Shown here: positions 10,101 through 21,394 of the stretch, piece after piece
Numbering within the stretch: position 1 is the stretch's first letter
Layout: each line of letters opens with the position of its first letter
Origin: Macrostomum lignano
Lineage: Eukaryota
Length of the DNA stretch: 64,000 nt
Direction of reading: 5' to 3'
Assembly (NCBI GenBank): GCA_002269645.1
Contig: NIVC01001196.1
Span: 62,001-126,000, forward strand
Translations under genes and position numbers: made by a program
The notes under the pieces: model-generated
Told to the model about the DNA's origin: nothing
The model's input: only the letters and a program-made list of their open reading frames with translations
The model's database searches: none

Positions 10101-13047
10101 ATTTGCGTTAAAGCTTTTATTTTTGACGTCATGCATGTATTCAGCATTAAGTCTTGTCTAGAGATTTTTAAAATAGCTAATCCTTATTTTCTTACAACAA
10201 ATATTAAAAGTAGGAAGTACCATAAATACCTGTGACTAAAATACTTATTATAATTGGGGCCTCCACTTACGATATATCTGACATATCTGAAGATATATAT
10301 ATCTATCTGACGGATATCTGAGTATGAATACATTTTTCTTGTTTCTTAGTTGCTTTGCTTACCGTCATCAGTGCTTAAGGCTCTGCTTACCATTGTCAAT
10401 TTCTTGAAACCACACTGCAAAGCCTACGTAATACGGCAATACGTATTTTTAACACATATCTCCAATCACAAAGCCACTTAAGTTGGCTAAGCCTGATACA
10501 AAACGATCCAGCAAAAATTTTGTAACCAAGTAATCGACATAGTTAACATGACTTGAGTCTCAAAAAATAAAACTCACAGCTTTCTATTTCGAACTTGATT
10601 TGAAAACCCGTGGACTCATAAGCTCCATTGGAACTAAACCTGATGATGAAGTTGCCATCCACTTGATGCGCCATGTCAGTAACAGCTCTCCAGCCGCACA
10701 AATTCACATTCGAACTGCCACCATTCGTGCCTCGAGCTATCGACACGCAATCTCCATTTCCGAGAGACACGTTGCCAACGTAGAGCTGGTAAAACTTTCC
10801 GGACACCGATGGCAAGGTCCAGCTGCAGGACATGCTTGCGGCGTATAAGCTATGTTGATCGTAGCCGGGGTGGCTGACAATCATTCCGGAAGAGTTGGAA
10901 GCGTCATCAAATGAGACTGGTCCGCACGCGCTGCTGTTAGCTGGTGAAATTTTGATTAAGCAAGCAGATGACTGTCAGTTATTTCAATTTAGCTAAATAC
11001 GAGCGTAAAACCGATATAATCATTGATACACCCTAGAAATCGCACCTGCATGATAATATGATCCAATGATTCACAACAATTTATTATAGAGGTCTGCGAT
11101 CAAGTGGGGCGTGAGGGACAAAGCGCTGTCATCCCCACACCTAGATTTTACTATGGAAGGGGGCATGTACCCCTGTACGCCCTGTGGCGACGCTCCTGTC
11201 TGCGAGAATTATTCAATTGTATCAGAATAAAGCCGAGATCATGACTTCAAATCGCATCTATATGCTAATACGGTATGATCCAATGACTCACAACCGGATA
11301 ACACAGGCAAACTTACCTGATACGGTGGCATTGTACTCTAAACGAAATCCTTTTCTGGCGAATTGGCTGTTTGAATAAAAATTCACTGTCAGAATATTTG
11401 CAGACGAAACGAACTTCGGCGACTCGTAGCCAGCTGAGTCATTCGCGCTAACGACTGCAATTTCGGCTGACGTTGTCAGGCCGTCGTACAGAGTCACTCT
11501 GTCGTTTGGCGACTCGAGATCCATGTAGGTGAACCAGACTATGACTCTTTTGCCAGGTGGCGCATCGAGCTGCCAGTAGCACTGCGAGTTGCTGCTGTAG
11601 TTTGTTGTGCCGACTCCGCTGTGGCTGGCGATTTCGCCACCGGCCTCGGCTGACAGCCGCTGGAGCCCGCCGCTGCAGTCTGCGCAATGGTTGGTCCGGT
11701 TAGTGAAGGACTAATGGCTTATTGATGCTACTAGATTGAGACTACTAGAAGTAGTAAGATAAAAATATGTAAAATACAAAATTTAAATTCATACCTCAGT
11801 TTTTTTAATATCACAAAAACAATCAGTGACCATCCCATTGTGCGAAAGACCGGTTCTCAACATCTAATTTTAGAACTTCCAAATATGGCAAATGTTAACC
11901 TCAGAATTACCTTCGTCTCACCCTTTCTATTCAAAAAACTCCATCTGTCGAATGATAAAATTCCTTTCGTAACCTCATAAAAAACTTAGTTTAGGCCAAA
12001 ACCGGCTTAAATTTGTGTAGAAATGCAAGCCCAAAATCCGAGCTGGTTCGGAGCAGCCTTAAGAGAACATAAGACTTATCAAGAACTACAAGGCTACATC
12101 TCTGAGAGAAGTGCATACAGATTGATAAGAGTTTGTAAAGTCTTTGTTATTTGATTAATGAGAGCTAAGACATTACCGGTCGTGATTGATCAGTTGATTT
12201 CTGTTGATTTATTGAATTAAAGGCCCCCCTATCTAAATCCTAATCCCAATCCTAAGGGATTGGATAGGATCCATTTGGACCGATTCCGATACTCTTAGAC
12301 GATTATTGATTTGATTGACTTTTGGTACCCTCGATTAACCGATAGGGGCACAAGACTCCGACTCTGGTATTTCTTCAAGAAAACGCCCCTCTGGAGGACC
12401 TTGTCACTGTTATTAAATTGATTATAACAATATTGTTTTATAATTAGGGCGCATCTCTGATTCTGATCACTGATCTCGAAAAATACAATGACGTCGACGA
12501 ATTAAGTTGTTACGTTCACTAAAGTATTCTCATACCCGGCCGACTTCAGGATTCAAGAAACTTCGCAGGAAGCGACATCAACAAGACCAGCTCTAAGAAT
12601 CTGCCCTATAAGGATGAGAAAATTCTGTTCCCAAATTCTGTGCTCAGACTTGCGGTCTGGTCTGGAAGTGGGAGTTCGTGCGTTTGACGTTATTCTCTCT
12701 TTCTCTTCCCTTTCTCTCTAGTGTGCTAAAGCTGACTCATAATGATTAACCTCAAGGAAAATTTCAAGAGCTAAAGTAGATTAACCACAGTTATGAAAAT
12801 GCAGAAGTCAAACCGGAAAAAATGTTTGTTATAAAATGCAAGATATTAGCAGAAAACATGAGTAACTTACAGACAGCTTGACTGCTGCACATTGGCAGAA
12901 AAATCAACAAGGCACAAGCAACGAAGCCATGCTGCCAAAGTAATCTTTCTGCGACAGGAAAAATTGAAAGATGAATAATAAGCATGGTAATAACCATTTG
13001 TGTATTTAAAACCAACTATTTAACTTACTGCGTTCCTGGTAGGTCAT
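3562..13047 (-). CDS. Gene A: type I transmembrane protein with signal peptide, 7 CUB domains, Ser/Thr stalk, TM helix and Tyr-motif tail (~1018 aa)
   Basis: Hand-built GT-AG model, all phases compatible. Exons: 13047-13029, 12948-12871 (signal peptide); CUB exons 11679-11317, 10940-10578, 9463-9077, 8992-8657, 8576-8226, 6390-6037, 4925-4566; stalk 4475-4329; TM 4157-4054; tail 3962-3912, 3806-3765, 3663-3562 (TAG). Total 3057 nt. Each CUB exon is phase 1-1, has a length divisible by 3 and shows C..G.i.s...Y...C.W, D.v.lyDG and GF.l.Y motifs. The donor at 9076 (GTTCGG) is weak. Confidence 0.85.
6601..8173 (+). mobile_element. Mariner (D34D) DNA transposon, non-functional, in a gene A intron
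   Basis: TIRs CGAGGGGTGTTGCAAAAGTT(T)CCGGA at both ends; TA target duplication (6599-6600, 8174-8175). The equivalent gene B intron is short and lacks it. Confidence 0.95.
6809..7937 (+). pseudogene. Mariner transposase pseudogene
   Basis: WVPREL, ITMDET, WDNARPH, YSPDLAIADFHLF; 34 residues between the second and third D. Frameshift near 7385 and an in-frame TGA near 7450. Confidence 0.9.
9626..10048. mobile_element. MITE with ~140-bp TIRs and probable TA TSD
   Basis: 9624-9763 is the reverse complement of 9911-10050 with one mismatch seen; no coding capacity. Confidence 0.85.
10391..10423 (-). pseudogene. 33-nt remnant of a deleted CUB exon in gene A (possible in-frame micro-exon)
   Basis: Reads (C/G)FAVWFQEIDNG|GTAAGC, matching the end of the gene B exon at 60285 (GFILWFREIDSG|GTAAGC). 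Preceded by an AG; phase 1-1. Confidence 0.6.
11090..11200. repeat. Short interspersed repeat ending GGCGACGC.CCTG, related to 61130-61237
   Basis: Shared GAGGGACAAAGC...GCATGT.CCC...GGCGACGCWCCTG blocks at both sites. Confidence 0.45.
12871..13047 (-). CDS. Gene A exons 1-2: start codon and signal peptide MTYQERKRLLWQHGFVACALLIFLPMCSSQAV
   Basis: ATG at 13047, two GTAAGT donors, 80-nt intron ending TTTTCCTGTCGCAG, basic n-region, hydrophobic h-region, SSQA cleavage-like site. The phase-1 end fits the first CUB exon. Confidence 0.75.
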
Positions 13048-14468
13048 ATTAAAATATTTCAGAACTCTCTAGATTTTTCGAAATCGGGAGAAAATTCTGC
13101 TGCACTTGCTTCTGAGAGATTTTCTCACAACAAGGGTTGCTTTATACTAAAAAAGTATTAGAAACATGGATACTATTACTAGGCCTCGCATAGCGGGGCT
13201 TGACCGGGGTTTACACAGAAATTAACAAAGCATTAAACAAAGCGTCTTCAAATTGGTAGAATAAGAAAGATAAAAGAGCTTTTTTTCAATTGGGTTTCAA
13301 GGCATTCGTTTGCGCGCAAACGCAAGTAGTGCTTACGAAGCAAACAGGCTATGATTCGTGTTCACTCTACGAAGCTGAGGCCATTTTGCATGGCTAAACT
13401 TTTTGAACTTTGACAATATAGTTTTGAGTAGAATCCGTAATTCTAAACAGGTTCATAGCTAAATTAAAAGCACAGTCGTAAAAGTACAGCCGTGCAACCA
13501 TCATAAAGTTGTGGATAGCTTAAGCCATGAATTTAAACGGTTAATCAACTTGACACCAACACACAGGCTTTAAAGTCGTCTCTGGAAGCTGGATATTTTA
13601 TTGAATGAAACATGGCGGCTTCTCATCCTTTTAAATAAAGGTCGAAATGTGGCATGCAGCAGAAAACTAATCAAATGCAGTACAAACATGATGGCCATAA
13701 CCGACTCAATAATCAAAGCTCGGTGCAATTTTACTTAAACCGCGGGGAAAGGAAAAGCACAAAGACCAGAGGTGGCCGGAAACAAAACCTCTGCGCGAAG
13801 CAAAACTTGCGAACGAATTTATTGTTGCTAAGCATCGAAAGGTTGAAGAAAAAACGACAGAAAAAAATTGAGCACAAGCGGAGACTAGACATAAGAGCAC
13901 CCGCGCACGGAAGCTCCCCCCCCCCCAGTTTGAATGCCCTTACGACGCAGTTGCAAGGAAGACTTGCTTTATACTCAACAAATATATTAAAAAGTATTAG
14001 AAGCACGGATGCTAGAGGCGTTCTCTTAGCGTGCACTAATGCTTTTTCTCTCACTAAGGCTTACACAGAAATTTAAAAACAAATAAACGAACCATCTTCA
14101 AAAAGGTCGAAAGAAAAGAGATGAAAGAGCTGTTTTTTAAAGGGGTTTTAGGGCCCCACTATAGTGTGGTCTCGTATTGTAGCCGATTTTGAGCTCACAC
14201 AGAAAGAGTGCTCAAGAAGCAAACAAGGTATAATTCGCTTCAGCTCTACGAAAATAAGGCCATTTTGCTAGGCTAAACTTTTTGAACTTGGAAAACAGTT
14301 TAAGCAGAATCCGTCATTTTAAACAGATTCATAGCTGAATTAAGAATTTAGGGCACAGACTAAAGCTTGTATAATATTCATAAACGTTTTAGCTCGTAGA
14401 TAGCTTAAGCAACGAATTTAAAAGGTTTATCAACCTGACGCCAACAGAGAGGCTTTAAAGTCGTCTCC

Positions 14469-17037
14469 CGCTTCCGGACATTTGCCCTCCGGCACTTCCC
14501 CTCCGGCACTTGCCCTCCGGCACTTCCCCTCGGCGGTGTTTGCCCTCCGGACATTTGCCCTCCGGGACATTTCCCCTCCGGACATTTGCCCTCCGGACAT
14601 TTCCCCTCGGGGACATTTGCCCTCGGGGACATTTGCCCTCCGGACATTTTCCCTCCGGACATTTCCCCTCCGCACATTTCCCCTCCGCACATTTGCCCTC
14701 TGCAAATTTACCCCCTCGCACATTACTCACCTCACCTCCTCCTGTACCCACCCGTCGTTCCTCCAGCACCAACCTAATCCTCCCGCCTCTTGCATCCATC
14801 AGGTTCTTCTCCAGCCAACAACTCATCCTTTTCTAGTAAGCAATATATACCCGCGCCCTACCCTATCCCCAGCCTTACCTGTACTGTCAACAGTCTATGG
14901 CCGAAAGTCTGACCATTTTACTATATAAGTGATTGATCTTGGCTCTTAAAGAATACAAGATTCCTCCGAAAGAAATCATGGCTTTTTACATTAAGAGCTC
15001 TAAAGGCAAAGATGTTTTGGTTGAAAATGGCCGCAGGTTTTACACCGACAAGCGAGTTACAGGCGAAGGCGAGTGGCGCTGGGTCTGCGAGTTGTACAGA
15101 GGCGGCCGCTGCCGGGCCGCTGTGTATACGCTCTCTTTCCCGGACACGACGCAGCCAGCTGTCATTCGCCGGCGCCTAGGTGAACACACGCATGAAGGCG
15201 ACGATGGTAAGATCGAGCGCCTGCAAGTTTACGACCGAATTAGGACACGTGCCGGTGAGACAGTGGAGACGACTGTGCAAGTGCTGCAGGAGGCAGCGGG
15301 TGGCATGTCCGAAGCTGCAGAGGCACTTTTCTCTGTTGAAAATGCCAAGCGGACTATCCGTCGCCAGCGCGAAGGCGAGCATCTGGTACAGCCAGCCAGC
15401 CGAGGCGAGATCGTCTTCCCAGAGCGCTTCACGGTGATGGAGCTGAATGGCCGGGCAGAAGATGTGCTCAAGTGGGACAGCATTCTAGAAGAGCCAGGCA
15501 ATGAGCGCATCTTGATTTTTGCGACTGATCGCTCCATCCGTCTGCTGGGCCGAAGTGAGGAGTGGCAGGGTGATGGAACCTTTGACGCGGCGCCGGCGCT
15601 CTTCGCCCAGCTTTACAGCCTGCACGGCGACGTAAACGGGTCGCTTGAGCCGCTGGTGCTGGCGCTGCTGCCCGACAAGACGCAAGTCACGATGGAGCGG
15701 TTGTACCGCAAGGTGGGCCAGCTGGCGCAGTCAGAGTGTCCACAAAGGCTACTCACAGACTTTGAAATGGCAGCGATGAATGCAGCTCATGAGGTGTACC
15801 CCAATGTAGAGACTAGTGGGTGCTATTTTCACTTCAGCCAGGCCGTTTTCCGGCACATTCAGCAAGACCAGCGGACGCTACAGCAGTACCAGGCCAGCCA
15901 AGACAACAGGGTGCTGGCTAAGATGCTCACAGCACTGGCTTATGTGCCCCTGCCCGACATCATTGCTGCATTTGAGCTGCTGGCACAATGGCTAGCCGAC
16001 AATCACGACTGGCTTAGCGATTTAATTGATACCTACTTCGAGTCGACTTACATCGGAGCCCGGCCTCGCCGTCGTAATCAGCAGCGTCGCCCGCCACGCT
16101 TTGGCCACGAGAAGTGGAATATGTATGAGCGCGTTATGGCCGTTCGTCCCCGCACCAATAACAAGGTCGAAGGCTTCCACCAGGGCATGTCGTCCTCGCT
16201 AGCCGCATCCAATCCAACCATCTGGCGCCACACCGATTGGATAAAAAAGCAGCTGGGCCTGACCAACACCTCAATTAATGGCCTGCTAGCCGGTGCTGCA
16301 CCGACGCCCCAGCGCCAGGTATGGAAGGCGCGCGACCAGCGGCTGCAGCGATTGGCGGCGACGTACCAGCACGCCTGGCTGGAGGTGCCTGTCGAGCATG
16401 CGGACCATCCACTGCTGTGCTACCTAAGAGGCTTCGCTCACGCATATTGCACATAACTTGCATTTTTTTTCAATCGTGATTTACTTTTATTTTTGCTGAC
16501 CCGCTGACCTGTTATCACTTTCTCCCACCTCACTCACTCGCTGAACCTGCGCAATAATTATCAAGATAATACTTACTAGACGCGCTTGATAACAAAAACA
16601 ATAATACTGTTCAAAAAAACTTAACCGTTTCCTAAAAACTCAAAACTTTGTTTTAAAACTTTGCTGTTAAAAAGTTGATGAAAACCGTTATATTAATAAA
16701 TAAAACAATAATACCGTTAAGAAAAACTTCAAAGTGTCTCAAAAGCTTAAGACTTTAGACTTTTCTCTCGTAATTCTTGTACATTTGTGTACATGTACTT
16801 ACTTGTTTGGACACACACTGAAGGGAAATTTTTTTGTTTCATGATTGTGGAGAAATTTCATTTCCAGAGGGGAAATGTCTTGAGGGCAAACGTCCGGAGG
16901 GCAAATGTCCGGAGGGCAAATGTCCGGAGGGCAAATGTCCCCGAGGGCAAATGTCCTCGAGGGCAAATGTCCGGAGGGGAAATGCCGGAGGGCAAATGTC
17001 CGGAGGGCAAATGCCGGAGGGCAAATGTCCGGTAGCC
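14469..17037 (+). mobile_element. MULE (Mutator-like) DNA transposon with repeat-rich TIRs
   Basis: 9-bp TSD GTCGTCTCC (14460-14468, 17038-17046). Long TIRs built from ~15-bp units (CCGGAGGGCAAATGT and its reverse complement). One central ORF. Confidence 0.95.
14978..16456 (+). CDS. FLYWCH-MULE transposase, uninterrupted ORF
   Basis: N-terminal WRWVCELYRGGRCRA...HTHE zinc-finger-like motif. MULE core: GDGTFDAAPALFAQLYSLH, LLTDFEMAAMNA, GCYFHFSQA, RTNNKVEGFH. Confidence 0.9.
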   Translation: MAFYIKSSKGKDVLVENGRRFYTDKRVTGEGEWRWVCELYRGGRCRAAVYTLSFPDTTQPAVIRRRLGEHTHEGDDGKIERLQVYDRIRTRAGETVETTVQVLQEAAGGMSEAAEALFSVENAKRTIRRQREGEHLVQPASRGEIVFPERFTVMELNGRAEDVLKWDSILEEPGNERILIFATDRSIRLLGRSEEWQGDGTFDAAPALFAQLYSLHGDVNGSLEPLVLALLPDKTQVTMERLYRKVGQLAQSECPQRLLTDFEMAAMNAAHEVYPNVETSGCYFHFSQAVFRHIQQDQRTLQQYQASQDNRVLAKMLTALAYVPLPDIIAAFELLAQWLADNHDWLSDLIDTYFESTYIGARPRRRNQQRRPPRFGHEKWNMYERVMAVRPRTNNKVEGFHQGMSSSLAASNPTIWRHTDWIKKQLGLTNTSINGLLAGAAPTPQRQVWKARDQRLQRLAATYQHAWLEVPVEHADHPLLCYLRGFAHAYCT

Positions 17038-17569
17038 GTCGTCTCCGGAAGCTGCTTAATTGACTGAAAGATTGCGATTTCGCATCTTTTTAAATAAACA
17101 TAGAAAAGTAGCATGCAGCAGCAAACTCATTAAATACAGAACAAGCATGATAGGCATGATCGACATATTAAATAAAGCTCGGTGTAAGACCAGCGGTGGC
17201 AAGAAGCAAAACGTCTGTGCAAAACAAAAACTTGAAAGTAATTTATTTCTCCAAAAATTAAATGGTCGAAGAAATATTAAGGAAAAAACTGAGCAAAAGC
17301 GGAGAAAGGACTAAATAACTAAATAGCACACACGCACGGCAGCTCTTCCAGCCCCTCCACCCAACGCATCAACTTCAGACGCACATACACCTTTCCACGA
17401 CCAACATGGTGGGAAGAGAGACACTAAGAAAGCAAGCAATATTTAGAACGCAAGACTAGAGGAGGAACGAAAAAAAATTCCAAACACAAAACGGGGGGAG
17501 AGGACAGTAAAATACAGGACTAAAAGAAAGCAAGGAGCTAAAACTACTCGTAAAAGATCGCAGACAAGC

Positions 17570-20500
17570 AATCAGTCAATCCGCTGCCTGCACCGCTGCC
17601 CTGATGCGAAAAACAGCACAGCTGCGTTACCTGCGGCTGCTGGCCCTCGTAGAAATGAATCGCATTGCTCTTCCAAACGCCAATGTCTTTGATGTCCTCG
17701 CTCGCGATTCCCGCACGCCTGGCGTAGCTGGCACCGCCTCAGCACAGGTTGTGTATTGAAAGGTGGTTTCTCGGAAGGCCAGTCTGGTGGGGAGAGCAAA
17801 GACAATTCGCACTGGGTACAAGCTGCAGTTGAGCTCATCAGATTCCCCTGACTGCAGGGTGGAAAACAGGGGCTAGGAGGGGTATGTCTTTAGTGCAGGC
17901 TTAGGGGTCGGCCAACTCCGGCCCGCGGGCCGCATGTGGCCCGAGAAACCTCTGCATCCGGGCCTCGGGTCCATAAAAACTTAATTAAATTAAATTAAAT
18001 TAAAAGTTAATTAAAACTTACCTAAATTAATTGCAGTCCAGTTGGCTCAAGTTTAGCCTGAAATCTAAAAGCTTTATTCTTTTAATAATGTCCTTCTCTT
18101 TCTCTCCTCTCTCGTCTTCTCCTCTGGAATGCAGTTATACACTAGATTCTCTATCTAGCCATTAGGAGAAAAAAGTTTCCGACCCCTGGTCTAGTCAGTT
18201 CCGGCTGAAATGATGTTGGAGCGCATAAAGCGGACACAGCGGAGCAGCCGCACTCTTGCGGGTGCAGGACAGAATAACAACATTACGGCGCTCACCGAAT
18301 TGATTCTTCTTGGACAGTCAAACTGAAATTCAGGCTACCTTTGAACCTAGATGACGATCGTCGACAGCATCGCCCTGCCAAGGTTCGCCCGGCTGACAGC
18401 GCAAAGATTGGCCGCCGTAGCATTGCCCAGCATCCGGCTAAAAGATGAGCTCCACAGGGAAGCTCCAAGGCAGGTCTCACAGCAGCAGCAGAAAGTCGCA
18501 GCAGTTGACTCGGGCCCAGCTCAGCCTTGCAAAAAGTAGACGCTGTAGCCACGCAGCAACCGCTGTGCACGTCGAATAGCCAAGTGGTGTAACACGCGGT
18601 ATTTGGCAGCACCAAAAAAAACGAAGGCCCCGTGAGGCAGTGATCGCTTTATTTATGCAAGTTGAAGTTAAGCCTGCGATGTACATAGAGAGCGAACGTA
18701 TATTAAATCAATACGATGATTCAGCTAATTGTTTGTCACGATTGCTAACAGTTCAGACTGCCTCTAAGGCAAGGAATAAAATATTACACACGAGTCCCCA
18801 GTCTGCCGTCACCGGAGCTGATGAATGCTGCAGACTCGACTGTCGCGACAGACGATGCTGCATGAGAAAGTTGATGGGCTGGCAAATCTGAGTTTGAGTC
18901 GGCTTCAAAGCTTTGCCTTGTTGCAAACGATCGCCATGTGTTCCACATGCTGGAACGAGCCAAAGGGTGCAGTTCTCGTAACATCACTCTGAAATACATC
19001 CCATCCAACCACACTCTCCTGCCGCAGACTGGAGCTACGCTGGCATCGCTTCGGGAAGCCGGCCAGTCCCCTGCCCTGCTAGGGTGCAATTAACATCTCT
19101 GAGATCAAATCAAATTCCTGCAATAACTCAAGTACTCCGTTCTCCACCTTGACAGCAGCTACGACCACAGCTTCTCTGCAGCAGTCGCTTCCTCGGCAGC
19201 TGCGCTCCCAGGAGGCAACTGTATAGCAATCAGGTGCACTCTGAAACTCTCATCCGGACAACATCAGAGCCCGGCAAGAAATGCCAGCTGCAGTTTCGCG
19301 GCGTGGCACTGCCAGCAGTGCTCCCTTCCACCGCGGCTAAAGCGCTGCAAACTGCCACATACAAGCTTCTGAGCCGTCTACCAAAGAAGCTGTGACGAAG
19401 ATCCATGATGCTGATACTGACAACTGCCGTCATGCTGCGGCCTGGTGCACCATCGACTGCTTCACTGGACGGCGACCCCCACATAATGCTATCATCAAAG
19501 CTGATTCCATCCAGAACCATCTACAGCCGATTGCGGGCCACTTCTATCCAGTGGAATATGGAATGCCCCAGCTCCCAGCGATGCTGTTTGCAATGCCCCA
19601 GCTGCCTGTCCATCCGACTTCGATTTCGCTCCGATCTCCATGGATAAAGTCTCCAAAGCCCAAAGAACCTTGCGGACTGATGCAGCAGCGGGAATCGATG
19701 ACATCTCACCGCGTGTCCTGAAGATGCCCGAGCTGCTATTGTACCGGTCATCAACGGAATCCTCAACCACTCCTGTCGCCTGGGTGGGGCTCAACTGCTA
19801 GTGTCCCAGAGTGCCCCAGAGCGATGGAGAACTTCTAAGATAGTGGCCATTCCCAAGAAGAGCAACTCCAGCGGCCTGAAAAACTTGCGTGGCATCGCCC
19901 TGGAGTGCACTCTGGCCAAATTCCTTCACGCCAGTCTTCGCAACCGCATTCAATCCATCTTCAACCAGAGGCTTCTCAACATCTAGAGTGGCTTCAGACC
20001 TGGACGGTCAACAGCAAAATAAGTCACTGCGATCCTCTGCGTCATTGACACCTGCGAAGCGAGCTTAAAGGTGGTGCCAGTTTTCTTTGTAGATTTATGC
20101 AAAAAATTTGACTCCGTCAGCCGGGCGGCCATTTTCTGGCTACTACAGCAACATGGAGTTCCTCAGCTGCTGGTCCAAGCAATCATGGACCTTAACAACT
20201 CGCCCAAGGCTTTTGTCTAGACTGACCACAGCCCTACAGCGCTGAATTTGTCACCACCTCCAGGGTCTTGCAAGACGACGTCTTATTCTCATTTGTATTG
20301 GTCATCCGGATCGACTACGTGTACGTCATGCAGCTGGCTCTCCACGACGAAGATGGCTATGAAGTGGTGCCTTGCCGCAGCTCCTGCTTTCCCTGTGTCA
20401 AACTGACCAGCCTCGCCTACGCCGACAATGTGGCGCTGAACTGTTGCAGCCCCGAAGCTGCGCAGAGGGCGGTGAGTCGGCTGGCTGACGAGGGGAAACG

Positions 20501-20930
20501 CGTGGGGCTCCACATCAACTACGGCAAGACAGGAGTGCTGCATTTTAGCATTTTCCAACCCTTTTTTCACTGCTTTTCTAGCGGACGGCCACACCGGTGC
20601 TGACACACGGGTTGGAGGCTGTTCCTATAACTGCCACTCGCGATGCGAGCTTGAAGGCCTGTCATCACCACCTCCTGCGCAATGCCCATTGCATAGCTGG
20701 TTTCCTAAACGCCTGAGCAACGCACAGCTGGTGACCTGGACCCGCAAGCCGCCTTTGGGTCGCACCCTGCAGAGTCGACACCAGATGTTTATCGGCCACA
20801 GCGCCTGCGCTCACGCACGGGACACCAGGCCCCCGCTCGCCGACCTGCTGCTCAGCCCGGCCTGTGGAAGGCTCCGCCGGGGCCAAGCTCGCTGCAAAAC
20901 TTTGCAGCACTGACTGACACTTTCTCTCAG
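17570..20930 (+). mobile_element. Decayed RTE-like non-LTR retrotransposon, copy 2
   Basis: RT motifs WRTSKIVAIPKK...LRGIAL, SGFRPGRST, FVDLCKKFDSV, GVLQDDVL, LAYADNVAL, GLHINYGKT; C-terminal GRLRRGQAR. Multiple stops and frameshifts. Confidence 0.85.
17902..18188. mobile_element. hAT-type MITE inside RTE copy 2
   Basis: Ends TAGGGGTCGGCCAACT / AGTTTCCGACCCCTG and a subterminal GGCCCGCGGGCCGCATGTGGCCC palindrome typical of hAT MITEs. No clean 8-bp TSD found. Confidence 0.6.
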
Positions 20931-21205
20931 ATGTACAACCGGGCTCGTACAGGCTCAGTATCTTACCCCTAAATCTGCAGCTAGGCTGGACTCAGCTGTT
21001 TAATAGTAATAATAATAACAATATTAATAGTAAAAGTACTATTTTATTGACTAATTTTCTAAACTTCTAAAAGTCTATTACAACCTTCGATACCGTATGG
21101 GGTGTTGGACCGCGCAAACAAGATGAACTTGGTCCCTCACAATTACTCTCCAATCCTCCGATATATCCAGTCTCCTTTCTATGGCTTGTTATTTTAAATA
21201 TAGGT

Positions 21206-21394
21206 TTTCACAAGACCTATATTTCACAACGCCAAAGCACATGATTTCACATCGCCTAAATTTCATGTCACCTAAATTCAGATCACCTAAATTTTACAAC
21301 ATCTAAAATCTCAGAAAGCTCCTTCACATTTTGGCTGAAATTTAGACGTGAAGTATGTTGATTTTAGGTGTCATGAAATTTAGGTCGTGTGAAA
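21206..21394. mobile_element. MITE with subterminal tandem repeats
   Basis: TTTCACAAGACCTATATTTC ... GAAATTTAGGTCGTGTGAAA inverted ends with internal repeated units. Confidence 0.6.

Larger units (their letters stand above)
13215..17345. repeat. Diverged tandem duplication upstream of gene A (unit 1 ~13215-13990; unit 2 14056-14468 plus 17047-17345)
   Basis: Collinear blocks (TTACACAGAAATT, CTAAACTTTTTGAACTT, GGCTTTAAAGTCGTCTC, AAGACCAG.GGTGG, GCACGG.AGCTC) occur in both units; unit 2 is split by the MULE. Confidence 0.75.

Noticed and set aside
11946-12956. Possible solo LTR (TGTCG...CGACA)
   Set aside because: No TSD, and the right end is better explained as the splice acceptor of the signal-peptide exon.
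13654-14076. 140-aa and 107-aa ORFs upstream of gene A
   Set aside because: Low-complexity translations of the duplicated non-coding unit; the frame is not conserved in the second copy.
14405-14928. PEGKC / RRANV repeat ORFs, also at 16787-17114
   Set aside because: Translations of the 15-bp subunits of the MULE TIRs.
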